From the NCBI GenBank assembly GCA_964635905.1, contig CAZWPK010000003.1, positions 66,459 to 130,458 on the forward strand: DNA of 64,000 nucleotides, given 5' to 3'. This document shows positions 36,066 through 45,525 of the stretch, piece after piece. The translations under genes and the position numbers were made by a program. A model generated the notes under the pieces. The model did not search any database. It was not told the origin of the DNA and saw only the letters and a program-made list of their open reading frames with translations. The DNA comes from an uncultured Pseudomonadales bacterium (lineage in GTDB: Bacteria; Patescibacteriota; Microgenomatia; UBA1400; UBA12028). How positions within the stretch are numbered: position 1 is the stretch's first letter; each line of letters starts with the position of its first letter.

Positions 36066-37817
36066 CAATACTGAACAAACAGGCTCTAGATCAAGCATTT
36101 GCACGGATAGATCAGCATATTTCCCAGGTTGTAATCTATTTGCTGTGTCCAACATTTCTCTCTTGCCTTTTTCAACTAAAAAGTACGATTTATCCCCATC
36201 TATCAGTAATTTTCGTTCAAATACTCGTAGGTTAGAACCAAGTTTCTTTAATACATAAGTCTTTTCTTGAACCGTGCCATGCTCAAATTGGTATCTTGCG
36301 GTACTGACAAAATCAAATGTTTCCTTAGTTTGAGCGATCCACTGTTGCTGTTGAACGTCAGCTTCTTCAAGTTTCTTTTTTAGGTCTGCTTTCTTATTTG
36401 AGATAGATAATTCCTCTTCCTCGTATAGTTTTTTTCTATCACCATCGTATTCAAGATACTCAGGAGAAATGCGTATTCGAATAAGCGACTTTAACTGATC
36501 ATCCATCCGCTTATACTCTCGAAGTAGTCTCTCTTTTACTTCCGTGTCTTTTTTTTCTTCTGTCAGGTTTAACTCATGAATATACTCAAACGCCCAATTT
36601 TTAAACTCCTCTGGAATTTCAAACCTTTGTAATTCTTGATCTATTTTCCTTTCCAGATCTTTCACAGACAGACTTCCTTGAGTACAGTTTTCATGGATCT
36701 TTTTCGTACAACGGTAATGGACATACTGAAGCGTCTTAGGATGTTCCATCTCTTCCAATTTTGTATTACAAGCAGGGCATTTGCTGGTTAATTTTCCTTT
36801 ATGGAATTTGGTCTTACAGACTGGGCAGATTATTTGCCATTTTTCTTCACAAGTGATTGACCCCTGACATTCTCCGCAGATCAGCACTTGTTTATATGGA
36901 AAGTCCTTTTTTGTGTAATGAGAAGTTCTTTTTCCCGATAAACGAATTTGTATTTGCTCAAATTCTCCTTCTTTGATCATTGGTTCATGTTTTCCAGTCT
37001 CTTCTTTAATTTCCTTTTCAACCCTCCTCCTCATGAGTCTATAGTAAAAAGGATCTCTAAGTATTCCGTAGAAAGTTGTTCGACTCATGGGGCGACTTGG
37101 GTGCTTCAAGGTCTGACGTGTCTTGTATCCCCACTCGTTGTTTAGTAAATCAAAGATCTTCATAGGAGCCCCACCTCCCGCAATCATTTTTAGGGCATTT
37201 TGGATTATTGGGAAACGCTCTCGATCTGTGATAATTGTATTTTCCTTTGTTAAAGGGTTCGTATAATTCAAATACCCAGGCTTCGCAGGACCACCCCACT
37301 CTTTCCTTTCAATGAATTTCTCTCGATTGCCTCGACGAACATTCTTACTAAGATCATCAGATGATTTTTTAGTGAGAGTAAAGTCAATTCCTAGAGACAT
37401 CTTGTCATCACTGTTATTGGTAAAAATTCTCTGTGGGGTTCTAAATTCAATTAGTTTTTCCTCATCAAAAAGATAGATAAAACTCCCTGAATCCTTACTG
37501 TTTCGTGCAATTCGAGATGAATCCCAAGCTAAAACTGCATTTCCTTCTCCCATTTCAATGCGTTGAACCATTTCGTTAAAATACGTTCTCCCAATTTTAA
37601 AAGCACTTTTTGACTCTTTATACAATTCGACTATTCTCAATCCAAACCTATTCGCATACTCGGAGAGTATTTTCTCTTGATCAGGGAGTGATGCTATTTG
37701 CTTGTCCTCACTATCACTGCTCTTACGACAATAGATAAAGAATTTAATTTTTTGGAGATCAATTTCATGAGTTCGCAATGGAAAACCGCCACTTGTTAAA
37801 ATAGCGAATGAAAACAA
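36036..37817 (-). CDS. Large serine recombinase (phage/ICE-type integrase) with its 5' end interrupted by an IS30-family element
   Basis: Resolvase catalytic domain (FIYCRKSSDSEDKQIASLPDQ, LAWDSSRIARN), a recombinase domain and a Cys4 zinc ribbon (CGECQG...CPVC...CPAC). The last 10 codons are antisense to the tRNA-Ser T-arm (GWDSNPR). The first ~15 codons (..SGGFPLR..) are read out of the left IS inverted repeat, so the native N-terminus is probably displaced. Confidence 0.75.
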   Translation of the reverse strand: MFSFAILTSGGFPLRTHEIDLQKIKFFIYCRKSSDSEDKQIASLPDQEKILSEYANRFGLRIVELYKESKSAFKIGRTYFNEMVQRIEMGEGNAVLAWDSSRIARNSKDSGSFIYLFDEEKLIEFRTPQRIFTNNSDDKMSLGIDFTLTKKSSDDLSKNVRRGNREKFIERKEWGGPAKPGYLNYTNPLTKENTIITDRERFPIIQNALKMIAGGGAPMKIFDLLNNEWGYKTRQTLKHPSRPMSRTTFYGILRDPFYYRLMRRRVEKEIKEETGKHEPMIKEGEFEQIQIRLSGKRTSHYTKKDFPYKQVLICGECQGSITCEEKWQIICPVCKTKFHKGKLTSKCPACNTKLEEMEHPKTLQYVHYRCTKKIHENCTQGSLSVKDLERKIDQELQRFEIPEEFKNWAFEYIHELNLTEEKKDTEVKERLLREYKRMDDQLKSLIRIRISPEYLEYDGDRKKLYEEEELSISNKKADLKKKLEEADVQQQQWIAQTKETFDFVSTARYQFEHGTVQEKTYVLKKLGSNLRVFERKLLIDGDKSYFLVEKGKREMLDTANRLQPGKYADLSVQMLDLEPVCSVLRRGWDSNPR

Positions 37818-38791
37818 GGAAGCATTTAAGTGATCAGGAACGGGATCAGATTGCAGTCTGGAGAGCCCAAAAAACTAGTATTCGGGAGATTGCTCGGAGA
37901 CTGGGACGACATCACTCCTCCATTGAAGCAGAGCTCCAGAGGAACCGATGGGGTGAAGCATATATTGCCATCCATGCAAAGAAAGAGACGAGGAAGAGAA
38001 TGCAGACTGCTAGGAAGAAACATCCTCTAAAGGATCCTGCAACATATGCGTATGTATTGGAGAGACTCCGGTGGGGATGGAGTCCAGAAGAGATCTCTGG
38101 AAGATTGGAATTGGAGAGAGGAGAAAAGTTCTTGCATCATGAAAGTATCTACCGATTCATCTATGCCCAGAAAAACAAAGGTTTGAAGTTGTGGGAGTAC
38201 CTTCCCAGAAAACAGAAGAAAAGAAGGAAACAAACAGGGAGAAGTAGTCACAAGAGTAGGATTCCAAACAGAGTCTCCATTCACCAGAGGCCAGAGGAGA
38301 TTGAGTCAAGAGAGGTGTTTGGACATTGGGAGGGAGATTCAGTGGTGGGACTAGGAAAGAAGGAATCCATACAGAGGTAGAGAGAAAGACCAGGTTTCTT
38401 CTCGCTAAGAAGGTTGCAAAGATCGGAGCTGTGGAAACAGCTGATGCTCAGGTCCAACTGTTTGCACCACTTCCAAACAAAGCAAGGAAGACCACCACGG
38501 TGGACAATGGAAAAGAATTCACTAAACATGAACAGGTCACGATACATATGGGACTGAAGATCTATTTTGCAGATCCATATTCATCTTGGCAAAGAGGAAC
38601 CAATGAAAACACAAATGGAAGACTGAGAAGATATCTTCCCAAGAAAACCAGTTTCAAAGAATTGGAACAAACAGAGCTGGATGAGATTGTAGCAGAGATC
38701 AACAATCATCCCAGAAAGTGTTTACAATACAGAAAGCCAGTAGAAGCATTTAATCAGGAGTTAACAACTACTGGCGGTTTTCCATTGCGAA
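37772..38791 (+). mobile_element. IS30-family insertion sequence (~1020 bp) with 20-bp perfect terminal inverted repeats
   Basis: Left inverted repeat ttcgcaatggaaaaccgcca at 37772..37791, and its exact reverse complement at 38772..38791. The transposase reads out through the right repeat (..TGGFPLRM*). Confidence 0.7.
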
Positions 38792-38796
38792 TGTAG
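37808..38796 (+). pseudogene. IS30-family DDE transposase split by a -1 frameshift into two ORFs
   Basis: ORF1 37808..38380 carries the HTH and the first Asp (GHWEGDSVVG). ORF2 38326..38796 carries DNGKEF and WQRGTNENTNG. The catalytic triad is therefore split across frames, and no canonical slippery heptamer is visible in the overlap. Confidence 0.65.
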
Positions 38797-38876
38797 GAAA
38801 CTTAGTTGAGAGAATCAATATGGTATTATAGGTGATATAGAGACTACTATCTCTTTCAGTAAACAGGAGGTTTTGT

Positions 38877-39713
38877 ATGTCAGAAATTCCAAATCCACCA
38901 CCTAACCCTGGACAGAAAACACAGGCAGAAATTGATGCAGAGTACGCAGGTATTAAACCTATTATCGATGCTTCTACGGTTCCTGATTCAGTACCTTTAG
39001 CTCATCAAGAAACTGGAGCTGGGGATATATTCAAACCTGTCATTGAAATCAAGAGAGGTGAAAATCGTGAATTTGGTGAGAAGTTCCCTCCAATGCCAGA
39101 CGTTCTCTTATCAAAGGTTGATGAGATTCGTGGTGTGGAGGACTTATATCCAGTCTTAGACCTTATTCGTACGTCTAATCAAGAAGGTACATTAGTGGGT
39201 GAATATTACGATTCGCTTAAAGTTCGCATAGCCGAAAAGATGACGAGAGTATTAGTTCGAGCTGCTAAAGCCTCAACACTTGACCCAGAGATAATAGGAT
39301 TGGAAATGCGGAAGTATGCATCCTATTCTTACCTCTCTCCAGAGCAAGTTCAAACAGTAGAAGCCGCTATCCGCTCACGCTCAGAGTTTAATTTGGCAAC
39401 TGCCTCCCTTGTTGATATCCATCGAAAATATGGAACACGAGGGAACTTACAAAACGATATAGATAATATTGATGACCCTACATACTTAATGTTCATTGCA
39501 GAGTCCATAGATGACCAAATAAGAGGAGGTGGAGCTATTGGGAAGGATGGACGAAGAGAAGAAGCAAGCGCTCTTGATTCCGCAACGAAAGCGTATGGAG
39601 AAGGCATAATTTATGCAATCTCAGAGAGAATGTTGGAATTAAAAAATCCAATGCAGGCGGCAATGCGGAGAATATCTCAGAAGATGGAAAAGTACCTCCG
39701 AGATTCTAAGTAA
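38877..39713 (+). CDS. Hypothetical protein (278 aa)
   Basis: GGAGG RBS. No recognisable motifs. It lies in the AT-rich island. Confidence 0.5.
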   Translation: MSEIPNPPPNPGQKTQAEIDAEYAGIKPIIDASTVPDSVPLAHQETGAGDIFKPVIEIKRGENREFGEKFPPMPDVLLSKVDEIRGVEDLYPVLDLIRTSNQEGTLVGEYYDSLKVRIAEKMTRVLVRAAKASTLDPEIIGLEMRKYASYSYLSPEQVQTVEAAIRSRSEFNLATASLVDIHRKYGTRGNLQNDIDNIDDPTYLMFIAESIDDQIRGGGAIGKDGRREEASALDSATKAYGEGIIYAISERMLELKNPMQAAMRRISQKMEKYLRDSK

Positions 39714-39876
39714 TAAATAAGTAGCCTACTTGCTTACTAAATTCTTACTTGTTTAAATTGCAACAACCATTTCAGATGTATTTATGGTGTTCAAAGTTCT
39801 AAAATAGGTTAGAACTTCGTTCACGGTTCTCCGCCACAACTGACAGAAATAAAAACAAAGTTACATAAATAGACAA

Positions 39877-40863
39877 CTATTTTGCTAATTCTCTTTTAAT
39901 TTCAGCAATGGTCAATCGATCTTTGTCTTGTAATTTTCTGATCTTTTTAATGATGGACACCTGGTCTTGACCATATAACTGATATCCGCCTTGGGAATAC
40001 TCAGCCACTTGTAATAATCCCTCTTTTGTCCAGTGACGAATGGTTGGCACGGTTGCACCAACGAGCTCAGCCAGCTCGCCAATTTTGAGGACATTTTTCT
40101 TTTCTAACACTCTCTCTTGAGCTTTACCCTCTAAAGCTTGAAGGTAAATATCTAATGAGCGATTTATTGCTTCATACATTAGAGCGTAGTAATCCGCGAG
40201 TGAGCCTCCAAGTTGAGCCTTTTCAATACTGGTAATGTATTGCTTCCGTTCCTCTTTACGGATAATGGCTGGAGGATAACCAACTTGCATGAGTAGTAAG
40301 TTCATCAGTAAACGAGCAACTCTGCCATTCCCGTCCACAAAAGGGTGAATACTTACTAACTTGAAATGAGCATCCACGGCTACCGTCAAAGGATTGTCCA
40401 TATTCTTCTGTAACCATGAAACATACTCGCCCATGAGCTCTGGGACCTTCATGGCATTGGGCATAATAACGGTTGAACCTGCGATGCGAACCGGAACAGT
40501 GCGATATCGTCCGGCTTGGTTATCAGCGATTTTTTGGAGAATCAGCTGATGCAAATCCAAGATTGTATTCTCTGTAATATCCTGTTTTGTCGTATCAATT
40601 CGGTGAATCACCCAATCAAAGGCTTGGGCATGGTTCACTGCCTCTAAGTACTCTTGAAGGGTCTTCCCATCGACTGTGACGCCTTTTTCCACCACTAAAG
40701 CAGTTTCAGCTCTAGAGAGGGTATTCCCCTCAATAGCGTTGGACGTATACGTCAACTCAATCTTAAACCATTCACGAAGGTTCGTTACAAGATCAACCGA
40801 AAAAGGCCTGAAACCATCCAATCGTTGTTTTTTCTCCTCTAGTGTAGCCAGAATGTTTGCCAT
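39877..40863 (-). CDS. Fic (AMPylase) family protein with an N-terminal inhibitory motif and a C-terminal MerR-type HTH
   Basis: Fic active site HPFVDGNGRVARLLMN. Inhibitory [ST]xxxE[GN] motif TYTSNAIEGN near the N-terminus. The C-terminus (LKIGELAELVGATVPTIRHWTKEGLL...) resembles a MerR-family HTH. Confidence 0.75.
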   Translation of the reverse strand: MANILATLEEKKQRLDGFRPFSVDLVTNLREWFKIELTYTSNAIEGNTLSRAETALVVEKGVTVDGKTLQEYLEAVNHAQAFDWVIHRIDTTKQDITENTILDLHQLILQKIADNQAGRYRTVPVRIAGSTVIMPNAMKVPELMGEYVSWLQKNMDNPLTVAVDAHFKLVSIHPFVDGNGRVARLLMNLLLMQVGYPPAIIRKEERKQYITSIEKAQLGGSLADYYALMYEAINRSLDIYLQALEGKAQERVLEKKNVLKIGELAELVGATVPTIRHWTKEGLLQVAEYSQGGYQLYGQDQVSIIKKIRKLQDKDRLTIAEIKRELAK

Positions 40864-41279
40864 GTAATGTTAAGTGTAACGTTACACTTCATGGTTGTCA
40901 AGCCAGATATCAAGTACCTACACATCACCAATTTTAGTGGTTTTATGTCTGTGTTGTCGCAAATACGAAGACGGAAAATTCAGTTCCATGCCGTCAGTAA
41001 GGTTTTCAAAAGTTTTTTATGATTTGGCAGAGATCTCCAGGCTTTGAAGGCTGGAGGTGAATGCCTGCCCGGAGTGAAGCGGCGGTACAATGTCATGATT
41101 GATGATTCAACTCATATTGGGAGACAGATCCACTGCAGAGTTTATCGAGATTCTGTGGGAGAATGGAGCGCATGTACAAATTACAGCATAAATTGATTTT
41201 TTGCAGTAACGCTTCTCGGTAAAGTAAATAAGGTATTCACATTCCAGCACACAACTCTGGTTGTTCTACCATAGTAGCT

Positions 41280-41627
41280 ATGCACATTTCTGTTCAAATA
41301 ATCAAAAAACAAACCAACTCCACTCTCAATCGTTCTCAGAAGATGTGGTTGATCTTGATCATTGGGGTCTCTGTAGTGCATCTTATTCGGGATATCCTGC
41401 AGGAATTTGGGATACGATACTGGATTTCAACAATTCTGGTGAAGCCAGGACCACATACGAAGGCATTACTTTGGCATCCCTACAATACACTGATCATCGA
41501 GCTTTTTCTCATTCTTTGTTCACTTGTTATCCTCAAGCGCGAACGGTTTGGACGACTAGGATGGGCAACCGTCTTCGCTGTTATCGTTACCGGATTGGCC
41601 TGGGTCTACTACTGGTATTTCGTGTGA
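41280..41627 (+). CDS. Hypothetical small membrane protein
   Basis: Three hydrophobic segments. Weak call that overlaps the alternative ORF 41261..41680. Confidence 0.3.
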   Translation: MHISVQIIKKQTNSTLNRSQKMWLILIIGVSVVHLIRDILQEFGIRYWISTILVKPGPHTKALLWHPYNTLIIELFLILCSLVILKRERFGRLGWATVFAVIVTGLAWVYYWYFV

Positions 41628-41691
41628 AAGCTTTGCGTTTGATCGAGCAGGGGAAAAGTGTTAGACTACAAGTACGGTAATTAAAATTGAC

Positions 41692-41717
41692 AAGGTGGGT
41701 TTCCCACCTTTTTTTAA
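41692..41717 (+). terminator. Rho-independent terminator
   Basis: aaGGTGGG-ttt-CCCACCtt followed by TTTTTTT. It lies between the island genes and nusA. Confidence 0.6.
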
Positions 41718-41731
41718 AGCGAAGTTCTTGA

Positions 41732-42862
41732 GTGCTTCAAGGATTTGCATGTAGTTTAGGAGTTACTATGGCAGCTGTTTCGTCATCTGCTAGTGCACGT
41801 ACAGAATTTGCAACGGCACTAGCTCAAATTGCTTCGGAGCGTGGAATAGAAGTATCCACCATTATTGCTGCAATTGGAGAAGCCATTAAAGCGGCCTACC
41901 GTAAGGACTATTTATTAGTACATCCTGAGGAAGAGTTTGAGGATGCTGATTTTGACGTGGTTGTGAATGAAGACACTGGAGAAGCTCGAGTCTATGATGT
42001 CACGGTAGAACCAAAGAAAGATGTTACCCCTCCAGGGTTTGGTCGGATTGCTGCTCAAACCGCCAAACAGGTCATATTGCAAAAAGTTCGCGAAGCGGAA
42101 AAGGATGCAATCATTGCGGATTATTCTACGAAGATCGGCAACCTAATTCAAGGAACAGTGATTCGTTACGATGACGAGCACGTGATTGTGGATATTGGGC
42201 GCGGTCAGGCCTGGATGCCCGTAGAAGAACAGATGCGTGGAGAACCTTATCGCATCAATAGTCGATTTACCTTCTTTATTAAAGAAATTCGAGAAACACA
42301 TCGAGGCAAGACAATTATTGTGTCCCGTGCCGACAAGCAGCTGATCGCGAAATTATTCGAACGAGAAGTTCCTGAAGTGTCTTCCGGAGCCGTCGAAATA
42401 GTCTCTATCGCTCGAGAAGCTGGTGTTCGTACCAAGATCGCGGTAGCCTCCGCTCAAGAAGGAGTCGATCCAGTGGGTGCTTGTGTCGGTCAAAAGGGAG
42501 TTCGAGTTCAAGAAGTGATCAAAGAGGTGAATAACGAGAAAATTGACATTATTCAACACTCGTCCGATCAACGCATGTTCATTCAAACAGCTTTGGCCCC
42601 AGCAGAACACCTCAAGGTAACCTTAGACGACCCCTCAAAGACAGCCAAAGTTATCTGTCCCGATGATCAGCTCTCGTTAGCAATTGGACGCAATGGTCAA
42701 AACGCTAGACTCGCTGCTCGTTTGACAGGGTGGAGAATTACGATTGTGGGAGAAACCATCACCCCTGAAATTGAAACTACGGAGTTTGCTCCAGAAGAAC
42801 CAACCGTAGAGCCAGTAGTATCAGCAGAGGCTGAACCAGTCTTAGAAACGAAAACAGCATAA
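41732..42862 (+). CDS. nusA: Transcription termination/antitermination factor NusA
   Basis: NusA N-terminal domain (ALAQIASERGIEVSTIIAAIGEAIKAAYRK), S1 and tandem KH regions (GACVGQKGVRVQEV). The start is likely the internal MAAVSSS at ~41768. Confidence 0.85.
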   Translation: MLQGFACSLGVTMAAVSSSASARTEFATALAQIASERGIEVSTIIAAIGEAIKAAYRKDYLLVHPEEEFEDADFDVVVNEDTGEARVYDVTVEPKKDVTPPGFGRIAAQTAKQVILQKVREAEKDAIIADYSTKIGNLIQGTVIRYDDEHVIVDIGRGQAWMPVEEQMRGEPYRINSRFTFFIKEIRETHRGKTIIVSRADKQLIAKLFEREVPEVSSGAVEIVSIAREAGVRTKIAVASAQEGVDPVGACVGQKGVRVQEVIKEVNNEKIDIIQHSSDQRMFIQTALAPAEHLKVTLDDPSKTAKVICPDDQLSLAIGRNGQNARLAARLTGWRITIVGETITPEIETTEFAPEEPTVEPVVSAEAEPVLETKTA

Positions 42863-42874
42863 AGGAAGAATTCA

Positions 42875-44290
42875 ATGTCACTTTTACCTCGACCACCAGT
42901 AATTGCAATCATGGGACATGTTGACCACGGGAAAACATCGCTCTTGGATGCAATTCGCAAGACCAATGTGGCCGGTGGGGAAGCTGGCGGAATTACGCAG
43001 CATATTGGCGCGTATCAGATCGAGTACAACAAGCGGTTACTCACCTTCTTAGACACCCCGGGACATGCGGCGTTTTCTAAAATGCGCTCCCGTGGTGCCA
43101 ATGTTACGGATATCGTCATTTTGGTAGTCGCTGCCGATGATGGTGTGAAGCCGCAAACCTTGGAATCGATTCAACATATCAAACAATCCGGAGTAGAGTA
43201 CATCGTGGCAATCAATAAAATTGATATGCCTGGAGCTGATCCAACCCGGGTCAAAACGCAGCTGGCTGAACACGAAGTCTTTGTCGAAGGATTTGGTGGA
43301 AGTGTCTCGGTTGTTGAAGTCAGTGCGAAGACCAAGCAGGGTATGGATGCCTTACTTGATTTAATCCTCCTTACCGCGGATGTCGCTGATCTTCAAGCAG
43401 ATCCACAAGCTTCTTTTAAAGGTGTTGTGATCGAATCCGGAAAAGATCCTCGAAAAGGGGTCTATGCCACGGTCTTAATCCAAGAAGGTTCCTTAAAACT
43501 CAAAGACACATTCTATGTCGGGGACATTGCAGAAAAAGTGCGCATTATGCAGGATGCATTTGGCAAACCTGTAGCGTTGGCAACCCCATCGATGCCAGTC
43601 CAAGTGCTGGGATGGACCGACGTTCCCGCAGTGGGTTCCACCGTAACTGGTGCAGCTATCTCTCAGGATGCAGTTGAGCGTGCAGCTGTTGTTCCACCCG
43701 ATGCAGAAAAACTCAGTGTCATCATAAAAGCAGATGTCGTTGGATCACAAGAAGCGCTAGTTGGCAGTATGCCAGCAGATGTGAATGTGATTGTTTCCAG
43801 TGTCGGTGACGTGAGTGATTCGGATGTCTTATTGGCGCAAACAACCGGAGCACGCATTTTGGGATTTGGAATTAAGGTAACAAAATCAGTACAAGATCTG
43901 GCAGATGTGCATGGAGTTAAAATTAAAAACTATCGCATTATCTACGAGTTATTAGAGGATCTTGAACGACAAGTGTTCCTCTTTAAGAATCCGAAAGCCA
44001 ACGAACAGGTGATTGGTAAAGCAGAAATCATCGCCCAGTTTGAGATTAAAGGGGATAAGATTGCCGGATGTAAAATCATCGAAGGCGAGTTTAAACGTGG
44101 ACAAAATATCTACTATCACTTAAAACGTGCCGAAGCTGAGATCGGAGATCCTCGAATTCGTTCCTTAAAACAGGGGAAGATGGATGTGGAATCTGTCAAA
44201 GCTCCCAACGAATGTGGATTAGTCTTTAGAGGTACTGTTCGCTTCCAAATTGGTGACACCATTGAGTGTTACAGCTTCAAAGAAATTTAA
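42875..44290 (+). CDS. infB: Translation initiation factor IF-2, short form lacking the N-terminal domains
   Basis: G domain ([29 protein letters not shown]) followed by beta-barrel and C-terminal domains. Only 471 aa. The nusA-infB order is conserved. Confidence 0.85.
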   Translation: MSLLPRPPVIAIMGHVDHGKTSLLDAIRKTNVAGGEAGGITQHIGAYQIEYNKRLLTFLDTPGHAAFSKMRSRGANVTDIVILVVAADDGVKPQTLESIQHIKQSGVEYIVAINKIDMPGADPTRVKTQLAEHEVFVEGFGGSVSVVEVSAKTKQGMDALLDLILLTADVADLQADPQASFKGVVIESGKDPRKGVYATVLIQEGSLKLKDTFYVGDIAEKVRIMQDAFGKPVALATPSMPVQVLGWTDVPAVGSTVTGAAISQDAVERAAVVPPDAEKLSVIIKADVVGSQEALVGSMPADVNVIVSSVGDVSDSDVLLAQTTGARILGFGIKVTKSVQDLADVHGVKIKNYRIIYELLEDLERQVFLFKNPKANEQVIGKAEIIAQFEIKGDKIAGCKIIEGEFKRGQNIYYHLKRAEAEIGDPRIRSLKQGKMDVESVKAPNECGLVFRGTVRFQIGDTIECYSFKEI

Positions 44291-44355
44291 TCGTTTCAAA
44301 CCACGCCACGGATTGGAATTTCACAAGCAACGGAAAAACGGTGGAGATTTGTGTA

Positions 44356-45291
44356 TTAAGTTCGTTTCCGTTCGGCAATCCAGACTCCAGACAAGATAAG
44401 GAGCATCGCAGCAATTTCAAAACCACCGATCCTTTCTCCTAGAAGCACGACTGCCAGAGGAATAGAGATGACTGGCTGGAGATAGGTAAATAAGCCTGCT
44501 TCCGAAGCTTCAATCCCTGCTTGTCCTTTAATATATGCTGTCAGCCCGATAATTGACCCAAATACCGCTGCAAACACCACTACGATGATGACGCGTAGTG
44601 AAGTGAAATCCTGGATCATTACAGAATACAGTGAGGACACGGAAAACGATGACTCGACCAGGCTTAAGATCAAAAATGTAACAAGGCCGACGATAAAACT
44701 AATACTACTTACGAATAATTTAGGGATATGTTTAAAGGTAGATTTTGCTTTCAAGAAATAAATCACTGTAGCCAACGTGTGCACTAAAATCAGAACATTA
44801 CCGCGCATCAGTCCACCCATCGAGGGGGATAACATCGCCAAAAGTGGAGAGACAACTAAGAGAAGTGTTCCAATGATTGCCAAAAAGAGTCCCCACAACT
44901 CCCGTTTTTCCTCTTTCTCTTTGAGGAAATAGACACCTCCAAGCGTAAGTAAAATGGGTGCAGTAGTCCCGATCAAATTCGCTTCAATAGACGTTGTATA
45001 TTGCAAACCAACATATAAGACAGACAGAGCCAGTGAGGTTCCAATCAGCTCTAGCGAAACAATTGTTTTGATTGCCTGAAAAGGCATTTTTACTCGGGGG
45101 AAATAATGCCAGAGAATAGGAACTGAAAGAATGGATGCGAGTAGAAATCGATAGAAGAGGTAGCGAAAGGGTGAGGTATCCTGTAGTCCCCATTTAGCAA
45201 AGGGAAGGAGTGCTCCCCAACACATCGTGTTGATCAGCAGATAGAAGTAGGAAGTCGCTCGTAGTTTGGCTTTTTTGGAGATCACTTTCAT
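44356..45291 (-). CDS. EamA/DMT-superfamily transporter
   Basis: 311 aa with about 10 TM helices in two EamA-like repeats. Confidence 0.6.
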   Translation of the reverse strand: MKVISKKAKLRATSYFYLLINTMCWGALLPFAKWGLQDTSPFRYLFYRFLLASILSVPILWHYFPRVKMPFQAIKTIVSLELIGTSLALSVLYVGLQYTTSIEANLIGTTAPILLTLGGVYFLKEKEEKRELWGLFLAIIGTLLLVVSPLLAMLSPSMGGLMRGNVLILVHTLATVIYFLKAKSTFKHIPKLFVSSISFIVGLVTFLILSLVESSFSVSSLYSVMIQDFTSLRVIIVVVFAAVFGSIIGLTAYIKGQAGIEASEAGLFTYLQPVISIPLAVVLLGERIGGFEIAAMLLILSGVWIAERKRT

Positions 45292-45420
45292 CTACTATAC
45301 GGGATAGAGTGACCACAGGGGAAGTCTGAGACAACCAAGTCAGATAGAATCTCAAAAAGTTGCTTGTATTTGATACAATGACACCCTGTAGTAATCTCTG
45401 GAGGGGTCGCATAGTGGTTT

Positions 45421-45505
45421 AGTGCAGCGGTTTACTAAACCGCCGTAACGAAAGTTACCGAGGGTTCGAATCCCTCCCCCTCCGCAACAAAGTTGTATTT
45501 CTTAC
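45421..45505 (+). tRNA. Type II (Ser-like) tRNA with an atypical anticodon loop UUACUAA (canonical reading gives anticodon ACU)
   Basis: Acceptor GGAGGGG/CCCCTCC, long variable arm, T-arm GAGGG-TTCGAAT-CCCTC, discriminator G. Anticodon stem GCGGT/ACCGC. It is a near-copy of the downstream tRNA-Ser(GCU) with G34 changed to A. Confidence 0.6.
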
Positions 45506-45525
45506 TTCCTTCTATTCTTGAGAAG

